Below, piece after piece: positions 42,442-53,150 of a stretch of 64,000 nt of DNA. The stretch comes from an uncultured bacterium (GTDB lineage Bacteria; Oederibacteriota; PGYV01; CAWJRG01): assembly GCA_963845185.1 (NCBI GenBank), contig CAWJRG010000005.1, positions 192,001 through 256,000 of the forward strand, given 5' to 3'. A model generated the notes under the pieces. It made no database searches, was not told where the DNA came from, and saw only the letters and a list, made by a program, of their open reading frames with translations. Position 1 is the stretch's first letter; each line of letters begins with the position of its first letter. Position numbers and translations under genes: made by a program.

Positions 42442-43807
42442 TTTTCATCGCCTTCAGGACATATTTTTTAAACTCATCTCCTCTTTGTGCGTAACTTTTA
42501 TACATGTCAAAGCTCGCGCATCCCGGAGAAAGCAGCACTATCTTTATTCCGGATAACGCCGTTGCCTTTTTAACAACTTCTTCCATAGTGTCTGCGGATA
42601 TAACCTCATATCCTTTTTCAAAAACATCTTTTAATTTTTCCTTATTTTCGCCGAAGACTATTATTTTTTTTACGTATTTCGGCAACACGCTATAAAGCTG
42701 GGTAAAATCCGTATTTTTTTCCCTTCCACCGAGTATAAGGGCAAGATCTTCGTTAAAGGTATCGACGGCTTTTATTACTGCGTCTATGTTCGTGCCTTTT
42801 GAATCGTCATAAAATTTCTTGCCAGCGACTTCTGCCACAAATTCAATCCTGTGGGCTGCTGGCTTGAATCTTTTCACCGTTTCCTCAGTTTTTGCCATGT
42901 CAAGGCCCATTATATCCGCTGTAATTATACACGCCAGGGCGTTTGCGTAATTGTGCCTGCCTATTAAATTCATACCCTCTAATCCGAATAACATTTTTTC
43001 CTTACCGTTTTCTATTTTCATAAAAGCGTTATTTTTTATAAAATATCCCTGTTTTAGTTCTTCATATGCAGAAAAATATATTTTTTCCGGCCCTTTTGCC
43101 ATTGACGTCATTATTCCGGTAAACTTGTCGTCATTGTTAAGTATCAAAAAATCTTTTTCGTCCTGGTATTTGAATATATTCGCCTTTGCCTCGGCATATT
43201 CCTGCATTGAGGCATACCTATCGAGATGGTCGTCTGTTATATTAAGAATTGAGGCTATAAATGGCTTAAAGGATTTTATTGTTTCCAGTTGAAAACTGCT
43301 GACCTCAAGTACGACATACTCGTAGCCCTTGTTATGCCTCACTATTTCGCAGTAAGGTGTGCCAATATTTCCAGCCATTACGACCTTGTCTTTGAGCTGA
43401 TCCTTCAGGATATCATAGGTCAGCATGGTCGCAGTGGTCTTGCCGTTTGTTCCTGTTATTGCTATAACTTTGGATTTGTCATATTGATAAGCGAGTTCTA
43501 TTTCGCCAATCATGTATTTATCATTCCTTTTTGCTGTTTCATACCAGCTGCCGGACAAAGGCACCCCGGGGCTAACTACAATAATGTCGGACTCCACAAC
43601 CGAGCTGTCTTTATGCCCTTCGGTTTCTATGACAACCCCTTTTTTCCCAAGTTCAAGCGCGCTTGCTTCCAGTTTGCTCATCGGTTTCGAGTCGCTTAAG
43701 ACAACCTTTGCAGGATTTTTATCGAGCACAAATTCGCAAGCTGACACGCCGCTCTTGCCTGCGCCCATTATCAAAATATTTTTTTCCTGTATTTCCACGC
43801 GTTCCAA
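42431..43807 (-). CDS. murD: UDP-MurNAc-L-Ala--D-Glu ligase
   Basis: GAGKSG, SPGV, GTNGKTT, EVSSFQL, DDSKGTN, SPGCASFD. Confidence 0.97.
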   Translation of the reverse strand: MERVEIQEKNILIMGAGKSGVSACEFVLDKNPAKVVLSDSKPMSKLEASALELGKKGVVIETEGHKDSSVVESDIIVVSPGVPLSGSWYETAKRNDKYMIGEIELAYQYDKSKVIAITGTNGKTTATMLTYDILKDQLKDKVVMAGNIGTPYCEIVRHNKGYEYVVLEVSSFQLETIKSFKPFIASILNITDDHLDRYASMQEYAEAKANIFKYQDEKDFLILNNDDKFTGIMTSMAKGPEKIYFSAYEELKQGYFIKNNAFMKIENGKEKMLFGLEGMNLIGRHNYANALACIITADIMGLDMAKTEETVKRFKPAAHRIEFVAEVAGKKFYDDSKGTNIDAVIKAVDTFNEDLALILGGREKNTDFTQLYSVLPKYVKKIIVFGENKEKLKDVFEKGYEVISADTMEEVVKKATALSGIKIVLLSPGCASFDMYKSYAQRGDEFKKYVLKAMKNEK

Positions 43808-43836
43808 ATTTTCACCTCAACAGGTTTTCTTCTCCT

Positions 43837-44922
43837 CTACCTCAATTTTAAAGTACTAAGTGTAAACAACAGTATTATTATGGTAACAATCCAGAACCTT
43901 ATTATTATTTTCGGCTCTGATATGCCTTTTAATTCAAAATGGTGATGCAGCGGAGCCATCATAAAAATTCTTTTCTTGGTAAGTTTAAAAGACGTAACCT
44001 GCAGGATTACCGAAAAAAGCTCTATTACAAAAATACCGCCCACTAAAAGCAAAAGTATTTCCTGCTTTATTAAAACGGATATAGTCCCGATTACACCGCC
44101 AAGCATAAGCGAACCCACATCGCCCATGAAAACTTCAGCCGGGTAAGTGTTAAACCACAAAAATCCTAAAAGAGTGCCTACGAATGCCGAGCATACTACA
44201 GTGATCTCACTGCTTTTTGCCACATATATTAAAAGCAGGTATTCGCTGAGCCTGCTGTTTCCTATTATATAAGCCATAACACCGAATGTTGCGTAAACAA
44301 AAAGAGCTATACCAGCTGCAAGGCCATCCAGGCCGTCTGTTAAATTTACGGCGTTGGACCAACTCGCTATTACAAAAGCAGTAAAAACAACATAAAACCA
44401 CATTGCGAGTGTTATAGGATATTTTATGAATGGTATGCTGATGCAGGTCAGGCATTTAAAACCGCCTTTTTCTAGGAATACATACAGTAAAACAATAATA
44501 AATGCTCCTATAAACTGCAGTATGAGTTTGTTTTGTATTGACAGACCTTTTGTCCCTATTTTTAGTTTTAAATAATCGTCTAAAAATCCTATCAACCCGA
44601 ACCATGCTACCGAAACAAGAATATAATAAGTGTAAGTATCGTCAAATCTGGCCCAGAGCAGCATTGATGTAAAAAAAGCTATGATAATTATGATTCCGCC
44701 CATTGTCGGTGTTCCTTCTTTGGAAAGGTGCTTTTGAGGGCCATCCGGCCTTATGACCTGGCCGACTTTTAACTTTTTTAATTTTTCTATTATATATTTT
44801 CCGGCTATAAGCGTCACCGCAAAAGCCGTTATTGCAGCAAAAGCCGCTCTTACCGATATGTACCTGAAAACATTAAGAAAAGATATGTATACATGCCATT
44901 GATAAACTATATGGTAAAACAT
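43837..44922 (-). CDS. mraY: Phospho-N-acetylmuramoyl-pentapeptide transferase
   Basis: GTPTMGG, DDYLK, NAVNLTDGLDGL, FMGDVGS, MAPLHHHFE. Confidence 0.98.
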   Translation of the reverse strand: MFYHIVYQWHVYISFLNVFRYISVRAAFAAITAFAVTLIAGKYIIEKLKKLKVGQVIRPDGPQKHLSKEGTPTMGGIIIIIAFFTSMLLWARFDDTYTYYILVSVAWFGLIGFLDDYLKLKIGTKGLSIQNKLILQFIGAFIIVLLYVFLEKGGFKCLTCISIPFIKYPITLAMWFYVVFTAFVIASWSNAVNLTDGLDGLAAGIALFVYATFGVMAYIIGNSRLSEYLLLIYVAKSSEITVVCSAFVGTLLGFLWFNTYPAEVFMGDVGSLMLGGVIGTISVLIKQEILLLLVGGIFVIELFSVILQVTSFKLTKKRIFMMAPLHHHFELKGISEPKIIIRFWIVTIIILLFTLSTLKLR

Positions 44923-45006
44923 CTGGCTGCTGTCTCCTTATAATCCGCTGATTTTGCTTCAATTGTCTTTTGCTGTCGCAAAATCCTGCAGAGTTTTATC
45001 CGTAAT

Positions 45007-46386
45007 CTATCTGCTTTTTTTTAATCGATCCACGATATATTCGAGTTTATTTGCCCTCGACCCTTTTATAAAAACTGTATCGCCTTTTTTTATTATGTCG
45101 CTTATATCTTTTGCAAGCTTATTTTTATCTTTGTACTTTTTCACCTTGTTGCCGTAAAGCGATCTTTTCTTTGCAAGCATTCCCTGCTCTACGTATTTTG
45201 CATACTTGCCGTAAATCATTGCTTTTTTCACTGGCAGCTCAGCTACGCTTTCGCCTATTTCCCTGTGATACTCCGGCGCGTTTTTTCCGAGTTCAAGCAT
45301 ATCCCCTATTACGACAATAAGAGGTCTGTACTTGTACATCTTGAGCGTGTCGACCGCAGCCCTAAAAGAATCCGGATTGGCGTTATAGCAGTCGTTTATT
45401 ACTAATACACCTTTACTTTTTATGAACTTTTCCTCAAACCTCATAAGGCCGCCCATATTGAATTTCATAAGTGTTTTTTTGATTTCCTGCATACTGACAT
45501 TTAACGTACAGGCAGCTGAAATCGCAGCCGCAATATTGTTTAAGTTATGCATGCCTTTTAATTTTGTCTTTAGACTGTACTTTTTGCCATTATCCGCAAT
45601 TTCAAAAGCAGTTCCGCTTTTTAAAGGTGTCACGCCTGTTATGCGCATATCGGCTTCCGGATTTTGTCCGAATGTTGTAATTTTCCTCGGTTTGAATTTA
45701 TCTTTCAAGCAGCTGAAAAGCATATCGTCCCTGTTTAAAACCATTATGCCGTCTTTTTTTATCCCTGCTTTAATCTCGGCTTTTGCCAACGCTATATCCT
45801 CTAAGCTCTTAAAAAAACCAATATGCGACCTGCCTATATTGGTTATAATTGCCGCGTCTATTTCAAGTATGCTTGCGAGCCTTTTTATTTCGCCTTTGTG
45901 ATTCATACCGAGCTCCAGAACTATTACGCCTGTATCGTCTTTTAATTTAAAAATGGTTGCCGGCATTCCTATATAATTATTGAAGCTCTTCTCGCTTTTG
46001 ACGACTCTGTACTTTGTGGCGAGCAGCGCGGCTGTGATTTCTTTTGTTGTTGTTTTGCCGTTACTGCCGGTTATTGCCACAGTTTTAAGTTTTTTAAATT
46101 TCTTCAAATAATATTCTGCCAGATTTAAAAGCGCACTTTTTGTATTGTTTACGCGCAGTATTCGGCAAGCGGTTTTTATTTCTTTTTCGGCTATTATCAG
46201 GACTGCGCCTTTTGAGGCTGCATCTTTGGCGTATTTGTGCCCGTCTTCCTTATTGCCCTTAATGGCCACAAACACTTCGCCGCTTTTTATTTTCCTGCTG
46301 TCGGTTGAAATGCCGCTTACCTCAAAATCTCTACCGGTGTATTTTCTGCCGAAAAACTTGTATATTTCTTTGATTGTTAGTTTCAT
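45007..46386 (-). CDS. murF: UDP-MurNAc-tripeptide--D-Ala-D-Ala ligase
   Basis: DSR, GSNGKTTTKE, ELGMNH, DCYNANP, GDMLELG, KGSR. Confidence 0.97.
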   Translation of the reverse strand: MKLTIKEIYKFFGRKYTGRDFEVSGISTDSRKIKSGEVFVAIKGNKEDGHKYAKDAASKGAVLIIAEKEIKTACRILRVNNTKSALLNLAEYYLKKFKKLKTVAITGSNGKTTTKEITAALLATKYRVVKSEKSFNNYIGMPATIFKLKDDTGVIVLELGMNHKGEIKRLASILEIDAAIITNIGRSHIGFFKSLEDIALAKAEIKAGIKKDGIMVLNRDDMLFSCLKDKFKPRKITTFGQNPEADMRITGVTPLKSGTAFEIADNGKKYSLKTKLKGMHNLNNIAAAISAACTLNVSMQEIKKTLMKFNMGGLMRFEEKFIKSKGVLVINDCYNANPDSFRAAVDTLKMYKYRPLIVVIGDMLELGKNAPEYHREIGESVAELPVKKAMIYGKYAKYVEQGMLAKKRSLYGNKVKKYKDKNKLAKDISDIIKKGDTVFIKGSRANKLEYIVDRLKKSR

Positions 46387-47858
46387 TTTTTCCTTTTTAT
46401 TTCCCTCAGCGCTGTTTCCTTGTCCGAAAATGGGATGTTTTTGCCTTTTATAGCCTGGTAAGTCTCATGGCCTTTTCCCGCTAGGAAAATTATATCCCCG
46501 GCCGCAGCCATTTTTATCGCGCGCGCAATTGCTTTCGCCCTGTCTACTTCGACGATCGCGCCTGCTTTATTTTTGATTCCTTTCAGAACGTCTTTTATTA
46601 TGTCTCCCGGATCCTCGAATCGCGGGTTATCCGAAGTAATGATATATTTATCACTTAATCTCTCGACCACCTCGCCCATCATTGGCCTTTTACCTTTATC
46701 CCTGTCGCCGCCCGCGCCGAACACGGTTATTATATGCCTTTGTTTGAGCTTGTTTAAGACTTCCAGGGTTTTTTCCAGGCTGTCTGTTGTGTGGGCATAA
46801 TCCACTATGACTATAAATTTGTTGTTGTAAATTTTCTCAAGCCTGCCTTCCACTTTTTTGAAATTCTCTATGGCTCTCTTTATGTTCTCAAGCCCGGCTT
46901 TTTTAAAAGTGGCTCCTGCCGCAGCCATTATATTGTAAATATTGTGGCTGCCTATCAGGCTTGACTGCATGTTGAGCGGCTTCCCTTTGATATTGAGAAG
47001 GAACTTCATGTGCTTTATATCCATTTTATAACTGTCTACATTTATTTCGGTTTCTTTATTAAATGAATATTTCACGATTCTCAACCTCCTTTTTTTGGCT
47101 TTTTTTATGAACTTGCTCTTGCTCGGGTCGTCAGCATTTACCACAAGCGTGCCTCCCTTCGCAATCAGATCCACTATTTTAAGCTTGGCTTTAAGATAAT
47201 TACTGAAATTTTTATGAAAATCAAAATGGTCCCTTGTTACGTTTGTTACGACTGCCGTATCCAGGTCTATATTTTCCGCTCTGCCCTGGGCAAGGGCATG
47301 CGAGGATATTTCTATGATAAAATATTTTATTCCTTTTCCCACGGCCTCGGCTATGAGTTTATGCAAAACAAGGTTTGACGGCGTCGTGTTGTTTGAATGG
47401 TGCTCTGTTTTGCCTATCCTGTACGCGATTGTCCCGACTACGGCCATATCCTTCTTGAATTTTTCTTTTAGTATCGCAGCTATGAGATAACTTACCGTTG
47501 TTTTTCCTTTTGTTCCCGTAATGCCTATCACTTTTATTTTCCTTTTGATGTCTTTATATATTTCATCGGTCAATTTTAGAAGTGCTTTTTTTGTATCGCG
47601 CACCATTACTACACTGGCATGACCCGGTACACTGACCCTTTTTTGTACTATTACCGCGGACGCGCCTTTTTTCACGGCTTCCGCAATAAAATCGTGTCCG
47701 TCGGAAGAAAATCCTTTGACCGCCACAAACAAGCTTCCTTTTTTCACCTCAAGCGAAGATTCCTCAATGCCTTTAACCGTAATATCGGTTCTGCCGTTTA
47801 AAATCTTGTATTTGCCTAGCAACGCCAGAAGTTTTTCAAGCTTTATTTTTCCTGTCAT
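46383..47858 (-). CDS. murE: UDP-MurNAc-dipeptide--meso-DAP ligase
   Basis: GTKGKTT, EISSHAL, DYAHT, GAGGDRD, SDNPR (DAP-type motif), AGKGHE. Confidence 0.97.
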   Translation of the reverse strand: MTGKIKLEKLLALLGKYKILNGRTDITVKGIEESSLEVKKGSLFVAVKGFSSDGHDFIAEAVKKGASAVIVQKRVSVPGHASVVMVRDTKKALLKLTDEIYKDIKRKIKVIGITGTKGKTTVSYLIAAILKEKFKKDMAVVGTIAYRIGKTEHHSNNTTPSNLVLHKLIAEAVGKGIKYFIIEISSHALAQGRAENIDLDTAVVTNVTRDHFDFHKNFSNYLKAKLKIVDLIAKGGTLVVNADDPSKSKFIKKAKKRRLRIVKYSFNKETEINVDSYKMDIKHMKFLLNIKGKPLNMQSSLIGSHNIYNIMAAAGATFKKAGLENIKRAIENFKKVEGRLEKIYNNKFIVIVDYAHTTDSLEKTLEVLNKLKQRHIITVFGAGGDRDKGKRPMMGEVVERLSDKYIITSDNPRFEDPGDIIKDVLKGIKNKAGAIVEVDRAKAIARAIKMAAAGDIIFLAGKGHETYQAIKGKNIPFSDKETALREIKRKK

Positions 47859-49968
47859 GTGTTGCTTTTCGTGTCAAAGTCGACCGTACACACTTTGCCT
47901 TTTTCAATTGCAACTCCTGCTTTTGGTTCCTGGTCCACGGCAATACCGCTGCCTACACATCGTATCTTAATCCCCATCTTTGACAGCACTTCACGCGCCA
48001 TTCTCACCGAGCATCCTTTCAAATCAGGCATATAAACCCTTATGTTGTTGTTTTTATCCCTGTCCCCGAGGAAAATATACAGCGTTTCATCCCCGCTTAA
48101 CTTGCTGTTCGCCTGCGGTTCCTGGCCTATCACATAATTTCCGAAACCGTATGCCCTGTAATTTATTTTTTTACTCAATAAAAAATTTCTTATATCCTTA
48201 TACCTTTTCATGGAAAAATCAGGAACCTCGACCAGTTCTTCTTTTTCTTCCGTTTCGATATTTTGCCTTTCATAGGGCGCTATGTGCATGTATGAAATTG
48301 CTGTCTGATTTAAATTCTTGAACACAGGCGCCGCCACGTCCCCGCCGTAATAGAGGAAATGTGGCTCGTCAAGCATTATGAATGTGAGTATCTCCGGCCT
48401 GTCTGCCGGTAAAAAACCCACAAAAGACGCTATGTATTTATTTGGCAAATAACCTTTTTCCCCGGGGTCGTGCTTTTGCGCTGTACCTGTTTTTCCTGCG
48501 ACCTCATAGGAATCTATCGCGGCTTTCTGGCCTGATCCGCCTTTTTCGACAACCATTTTCAACATTTCTATTAATTCCTGCCTTTCGGTCTCGCCTATTA
48601 TTTTCCCGCTTTTCTGCATATTGTGTACATAAACTGCATTGCCGCTTTTTACTATTTTCTCGACTATGTAAGGCTTTATAAGGTAACCGCCGTTCGCGAC
48701 AGCGGAATATGCCCTGGCTATTTGTATGGAAGTTGCCGCGATTTCCTGTCCGTAAGGTATGGAAGTCATGGTCGTGTTGTCCCAGTCTTTATAATTTCTT
48801 AAAATTCCGCCTGTCTCCCCAGGCAGGTCTATGCCGGTAGTTTTTCCGAAGCCGAATTTACAGTATTCTCCGTAAAGTTTTTCCTGGGGTATTTTTAACG
48901 CAAGGTACACCATTCCGATATTCGACGAATATTTTATTATTTCCGGTATGGTCAGCCAGCCGTGTTTTTCGTTGTCATGAACGTACCTGTCAAAAAAAAG
49001 GTATTCGCCATTGCCGCAGAAAACCTTTTCTTTTAAGCTGTCAGGAAAATCTTTTAAAAAAGCCGACATGGTGAAAATTTTGAAAGTGGACCCGGCTCGA
49101 ACATGTCTGTTATCGCAGTGTTTCTTAAGCGGTCGCGGCTGTAACTCCTGAAATTATTCGGGTCATACGAAGGGTAATTTGCCATGGCGTATATCGCCCC
49201 TGTATTCGGGTTCATTACTATTATTGTCCCGCTTTTTGCTTTGTATTTTATGGCGCAATCGTCAATTTCTTTTTGCGCCTCGTATTCTATGTTTGAGTCA
49301 AGGGTCAAATAAATATCTGCGCCTGGTTCCGCGGTCTTGATATTTACCGTATCTATCATAACCGGCCTGCCCTTTGCGTCTTTTTTTATCAACGTGATTC
49401 CTGGTTTTCCGCGTAAATAGCTGTCATAATAAGCCTCTATTCCCTCGAGCCCTGTGTGGTCAAGCCCGACAAAACCAAGCACTTGGGCGCCTGTTTCCTT
49501 GAAAGGATAATACCTTTTCTGCTCAGTATCTATGTAAATCCCGCTTATTTTTTCTTTCATAATTTCCTGTGCCACGTCCACATCCACTTTTCTTTTTATA
49601 TAAACAAACTCTTTTTTATTGTTTATTTTTTTCAGTATTTCCGCCGCTCCCATTCCGAGTTTTTTGCTTAGGTAATTTGCAGTCGCCAGCTTGTTGTACA
49701 TCATTCTCGGGCACGCGCATACCGTACCTGTATTCACGCTAAGCGCCAGCTTAACGCCGGCCCTGTCATATATCGTCCCTCGTGCAACAACATCTTTTAC
49801 AGTGCGCAAATGCATCCTTTGTGCCTTTTCTTTGTAAAAGGAATGTTCTAAGACTTGCAAATAAAAAAGTTTCCCGAATATTACGATTATTCCAAGTACA
49901 AAGACAATGAATAAAAATTCTATTCTTTTGTTTAATGGCTTCGGGTCGTTTTCAAATGCCGTGTTCAT
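47855..49968 (-). CDS. ftsI: Class B penicillin-binding protein FtsI with two C-terminal PASTA domains; -1 frameshift at 49091-49093
   Basis: RGTIYDR; adding one base restores catalytic EPGSTFK; SSN and GKTGT motifs; VPDF and MPDL PASTA starts. Confidence 0.93.
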
Positions 49969-50363
49969 GAATTTTTTTCTCCAGCCATGCTTTCAATCAG
50001 TTTATCTATTATTTTCCGCAGCAGGCTTTTGTGTTTTCTTATCACAAATATTTGCTTTTCATCCGGATTTTTAAAGCCGTACCTTGTCTTTGCTATCGCC
50101 GCAATTTTTTCGTTTGAAATAACAGCCTGCAGCTTCATTTCTATTTGTTTGGTTTCTGATTTTAATTTTTCATTTTCTTGCTTTAATTTATTTGACTCAT
50201 AATTCATATTCATGCTCTGTATATACAGCCATGTGTATATAAAAATCGGTATGAAGCCTGCCACAATCAAGGCAATGTTCCTGCCCCTGCCGCCGGTACT
50301 CCGCTGTATGTTTTCGGGTTCCAATATTCTTAAAAACCTTCTTGACAGGCCCGTATAGTTCAA
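49965..50363 (-). CDS. ftsL: Cell division protein FtsL-like
   Basis: One TM helix plus coiled coil, EKIAAIAK..YG...P; between rsmH and ftsI. Confidence 0.75.
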   Translation of the reverse strand: MNYTGLSRRFLRILEPENIQRSTGGRGRNIALIVAGFIPIFIYTWLYIQSMNMNYESNKLKQENEKLKSETKQIEMKLQAVISNEKIAAIAKTRYGFKNPDEKQIFVIRKHKSLLRKIIDKLIESMAGEKNS

Positions 50364-51286
50364 AATCCCACCTCAATTTTTTCTGCGGCCCTTAATTTCG
50401 CGCTCCGCGCCCTTGGGTTTTCTGTTATTTCGCTGCCTGACGCGGTCACAGGCTTTTTCGTCAATACTTTCAGTGTTTTCTTGTGACCACAGTTGCACGG
50501 CCCTTTTTTGTCGGTACAGATGCAGTCTCTTGTTTCCGTGCTAAAAAACCTTTTGGCGATACGATCCTCAAGTGAATGAAAACTTATGACAACCATCCTG
50601 CCGCCTGTTACGATAAAACCATGCACTTTATTTAAGCTTTCAGAAAGGGCGTTTAGCTCGTCGTTTACTTCTATCCTTATCGCCTGAAATGTTTTGGTGG
50701 CCGGATTTATTTTTTCCCTGTAATTCTTGCTTTTGCCTATTATTTCAGCCAGTTCCATTGTGCTTTTAACCGGCCTGCTTTTTATTATGGCATCGGTAAT
50801 ACGTTTATAATTTCTTTCCTCGCCGTATTTTAATATTATCCGCTCAAGGTCTGAACGTTTGTAGTTATTAACAACAAAAAATGCGGTAAGTTCTTTGCTT
50901 TTATCCATCCTCATGTCCAGCGGTGCGTCTTTTGAAAAGCTGAACCCGCGTTCTCCTTTATCAAGATGCAGGCTGGATACTCCAAGATCATACAAAACCC
51001 CGCTTATTTCCTTCACATTAAGCCTTGCCAATACTTCATCTATATGCCTGAAATTGGCTTTTACAGCCTTAAAATTATTATAAGCTTTAAGTCGCTCTTC
51101 AGCGTACCCTATGCTTTCAGCGTCGCAATCAATCCCTATAAGTGCGCTGCCACTGCCTATCTTCTGCAGTATGGCTTCGCTGTGGCCTCCCATGCCCAGC
51201 GTCGCGTCCACCCATAATCCTTGCTCTTTCAGTTTTAAAAATTCCATCGCCTCGCCTATAAGTACAGGGGCGTGGATAAATGTCAT
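50360..51286 (-). CDS. rsmH: 16S rRNA m4C1402 methyltransferase
   Basis: HAPVL, DATLGMGGHS, DLGVSS, PLDMRMD, FHSLEDR, NPRARSAKLR. Confidence 0.98.
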   Translation of the reverse strand: MTFIHAPVLIGEAMEFLKLKEQGLWVDATLGMGGHSEAILQKIGSGSALIGIDCDAESIGYAEERLKAYNNFKAVKANFRHIDEVLARLNVKEISGVLYDLGVSSLHLDKGERGFSFSKDAPLDMRMDKSKELTAFFVVNNYKRSDLERIILKYGEERNYKRITDAIIKSRPVKSTMELAEIIGKSKNYREKINPATKTFQAIRIEVNDELNALSESLNKVHGFIVTGGRMVVISFHSLEDRIAKRFFSTETRDCICTDKKGPCNCGHKKTLKVLTKKPVTASGSEITENPRARSAKLRAAEKIEVGF

Positions 51287-51627
51287 AATGTATTTTCAAA
51301 TGCCTTTATTGCGTCGTCTTCGGAACCGTAAAATTCAAATTCTCCCCAATATCCCGCGTAAATAAAAAGGTTTTTTACATAATCGCTTCCGCCTATTATT
51401 TTTATGTCCCCGCCCAGGTTTCTTACCCTTTCCTTCCTCTCATTTAAATACTCAATCCCGCTGACGTTTATGTGAGTTACATTCGAAAAATCCAGCACAA
51501 AAAACAAATTATCCTTTTCTATGAATGACGTTACTATTTCCTTTAAGGCGAGGACATCTTCAATATCGATGTCGCCTTTTAAAATCAGGATTACAACTTT
51601 CTTTGTTGTAGTTAGTGTTACCATCAT
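51283..51627 (-). CDS. STAS domain protein (anti-sigma factor antagonist-like)
   Basis: ILKGDIDI, VLDFSNVTHINVSGI, GGDIKI pattern; ATGA overlap with rsmH. Confidence 0.82.
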   Translation of the reverse strand: MMVTLTTTKKVVILILKGDIDIEDVLALKEIVTSFIEKDNLFFVLDFSNVTHINVSGIEYLNERKERVRNLGGDIKIIGGSDYVKNLFIYAGYWGEFEFYGSEDDAIKAFENTL

Positions 51628-51635
51628 CGCCTCCC

Positions 51636-51690
51636 TGTTTGTTTGTCCTTTCCTGCCTGCGGAAAGGACAAAATATTACGCAAATATAAC
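51636..51690 (-). repeat. Partial copy of the dispersed hairpin element (arm A only)
   Basis: ttgtcctttcc-tgcctgc-ggaaaggacaaaatattacgc; shares gacaaaatattacgc with the 40169 copy. Confidence 0.65.
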
Positions 51691-51725
51691 ATGCTTTCAA
51701 ACTTTAACGTCCAGGGCCAATCTTC

Positions 51726-52151
51726 TCAGCCCTTCTGGTACTCCTCGTATTCTTTCCTGTCCCATATCTCAAACCTGTCTATAACTCCGGAAAAAACAAC
51801 GCTTTTTATGATACCTGCATGTTTTTTTAAATTCTGCGGTATTATTATTCTGCCGCTTTTATCTATATTGACTTCAGCAGCATTTGCCGCTTTTTTTCTG
51901 GTGTTTTTTCTGTCCTGCTCCGAGCCCTCCCAGTCTTTTCCTTCAATAAATTTCTTTATCATTTCGCCCCATTGCTGAATAGGAATAACCGTGATGCATT
52001 TGTCTTTTTCAATAGTAAGTACCACTTTATTTCTATCTGATTCGTTTGAAGTACCTTCATCTATGGTTTTCTTGAATTTCGCAGGGATGCTGACCCTGCC
52101 TTTTTCATCAAGATTGTGTAAGTAATAGCCTATAAAACCTGTTTCTGCCAC
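51726..52151 (-). CDS. mraZ: Transcriptional regulator MraZ
   Basis: LDEKGRVSIP, IDKSGRIIIP, GVIDRFEIW; head of the dcw cluster. Confidence 0.95.
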   Translation of the reverse strand: MAETGFIGYYLHNLDEKGRVSIPAKFKKTIDEGTSNESDRNKVVLTIEKDKCITVIPIQQWGEMIKKFIEGKDWEGSEQDRKNTRKKAANAAEVNIDKSGRIIIPQNLKKHAGIIKSVVFSGVIDRFEIWDRKEYEEYQKG

Positions 52152-52176
52152 TGTTTCTCACCTCACGGGATTATAT

Positions 52177-52357
52177 CCCACTTTCTGCCTTATTATATCC
52201 CTAGCATCCCACCCATGTCAACATAAAAATAAATAAATTTTATGCGTAAACATAGGCAAAATAGGGGCTTTATTAAAGGTTTATGAGGTTTTTGTTAAAA
52301 ATCGGTTAACGGATTTTGCTGCGGATTAAACTTTTCCCGATTCCACTTTATCCCACT
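52177..52357 (-). promoter_or_regulatory. dcw promoter with candidate MraZ-binding GTGG(G) boxes
   Basis: Minus strand TTGACA (52221-52216)-N18-TATAAT (52197-52192); GTGG(G) boxes at 52177-81, 52208-12, 52343-46, 52352-56. Confidence 0.75.
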
Positions 52358-52372
52358 CTATATTTCATTATA

Positions 52373-53113
52373 CTATCTTAAACTGCATTCATAAAACACT
52401 ATTGCCGCTGAAGCCGCGACGTTTAAGGAATCTATCCTCATTTCAGGATATTCTATCTTAACTTTGTAATCGGCAATAGCTTTTATCGTAGGCGTTACCC
52501 CTTTGCCCTCATTGCCAAAAACAATTATAGCTTTTTCATCAAGGTGTTTCTTGATATTTCTTACATTTTCGCCGTCATCAACGTCTGTTATGATTATTTT
52601 AAATTCCTCTTTTAATCCGTGCAAATCTTTCTGGCTTATATCATTATGATTGATTAAAAAAACCGCCCCTGCAGACGACCTTATTGCTTTCTCGCTAAAA
52701 ATATAAGCGCAGTTTAAAAACATATAATCCTTAAACCCGAATGCCGCGCCGCTTCTTATTATGGCTCCCATGTTTGCCGGGTCCTGGATATTGTCGAGAA
52801 GTATAAGTATCCCTTTATCCTCTATATTTTCAATCTTATGTTCTTTTGCAATTGCTATTGCAAGGAAATTTTGATGAGTTTTTACGGATGCAAATTTATC
52901 AATATAATTTCCTTTTACTTTTTCAGCTTTGCTGCCTATTGTGTCTTTAAATCTTTTTAAAATGTCTGTGCCTTTATCGGAATATAAAAAATGCTTTATT
53001 TCAATATTGTTATTTATTACTTCTTCCAGTATTTTCTCAGTGTCAATAATAATATAATTGCCTTTTTTTATTTCCTTTTTATCGCTTAGCAAATTGTATA
53101 GTTCCTTGCGCAT
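52373..53113 (-). CDS. TrmH/SpoU family RNA 2'-O-methyltransferase
   Basis: DNIQDPANMGAIIRS, FGNEGKG, DSLNVAASAAI. Confidence 0.92.
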   Translation of the reverse strand: MRKELYNLLSDKKEIKKGNYIIIDTEKILEEVINNNIEIKHFLYSDKGTDILKRFKDTIGSKAEKVKGNYIDKFASVKTHQNFLAIAIAKEHKIENIEDKGILILLDNIQDPANMGAIIRSGAAFGFKDYMFLNCAYIFSEKAIRSSAGAVFLINHNDISQKDLHGLKEEFKIIITDVDDGENVRNIKKHLDEKAIIVFGNEGKGVTPTIKAIADYKVKIEYPEMRIDSLNVAASAAIVFYECSLR

Positions 53114-53150
53114 GTTTTTTGCCTCTTCATTTTGTTTTCTTTTAATTTCC

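Noticed and set aside
47855..49968. Genuinely split or pseudogenised ftsI
   Set aside because: One base in a short G run restores EPGSTFK and the rest of the dcw cluster is intact; error is the simpler explanation.
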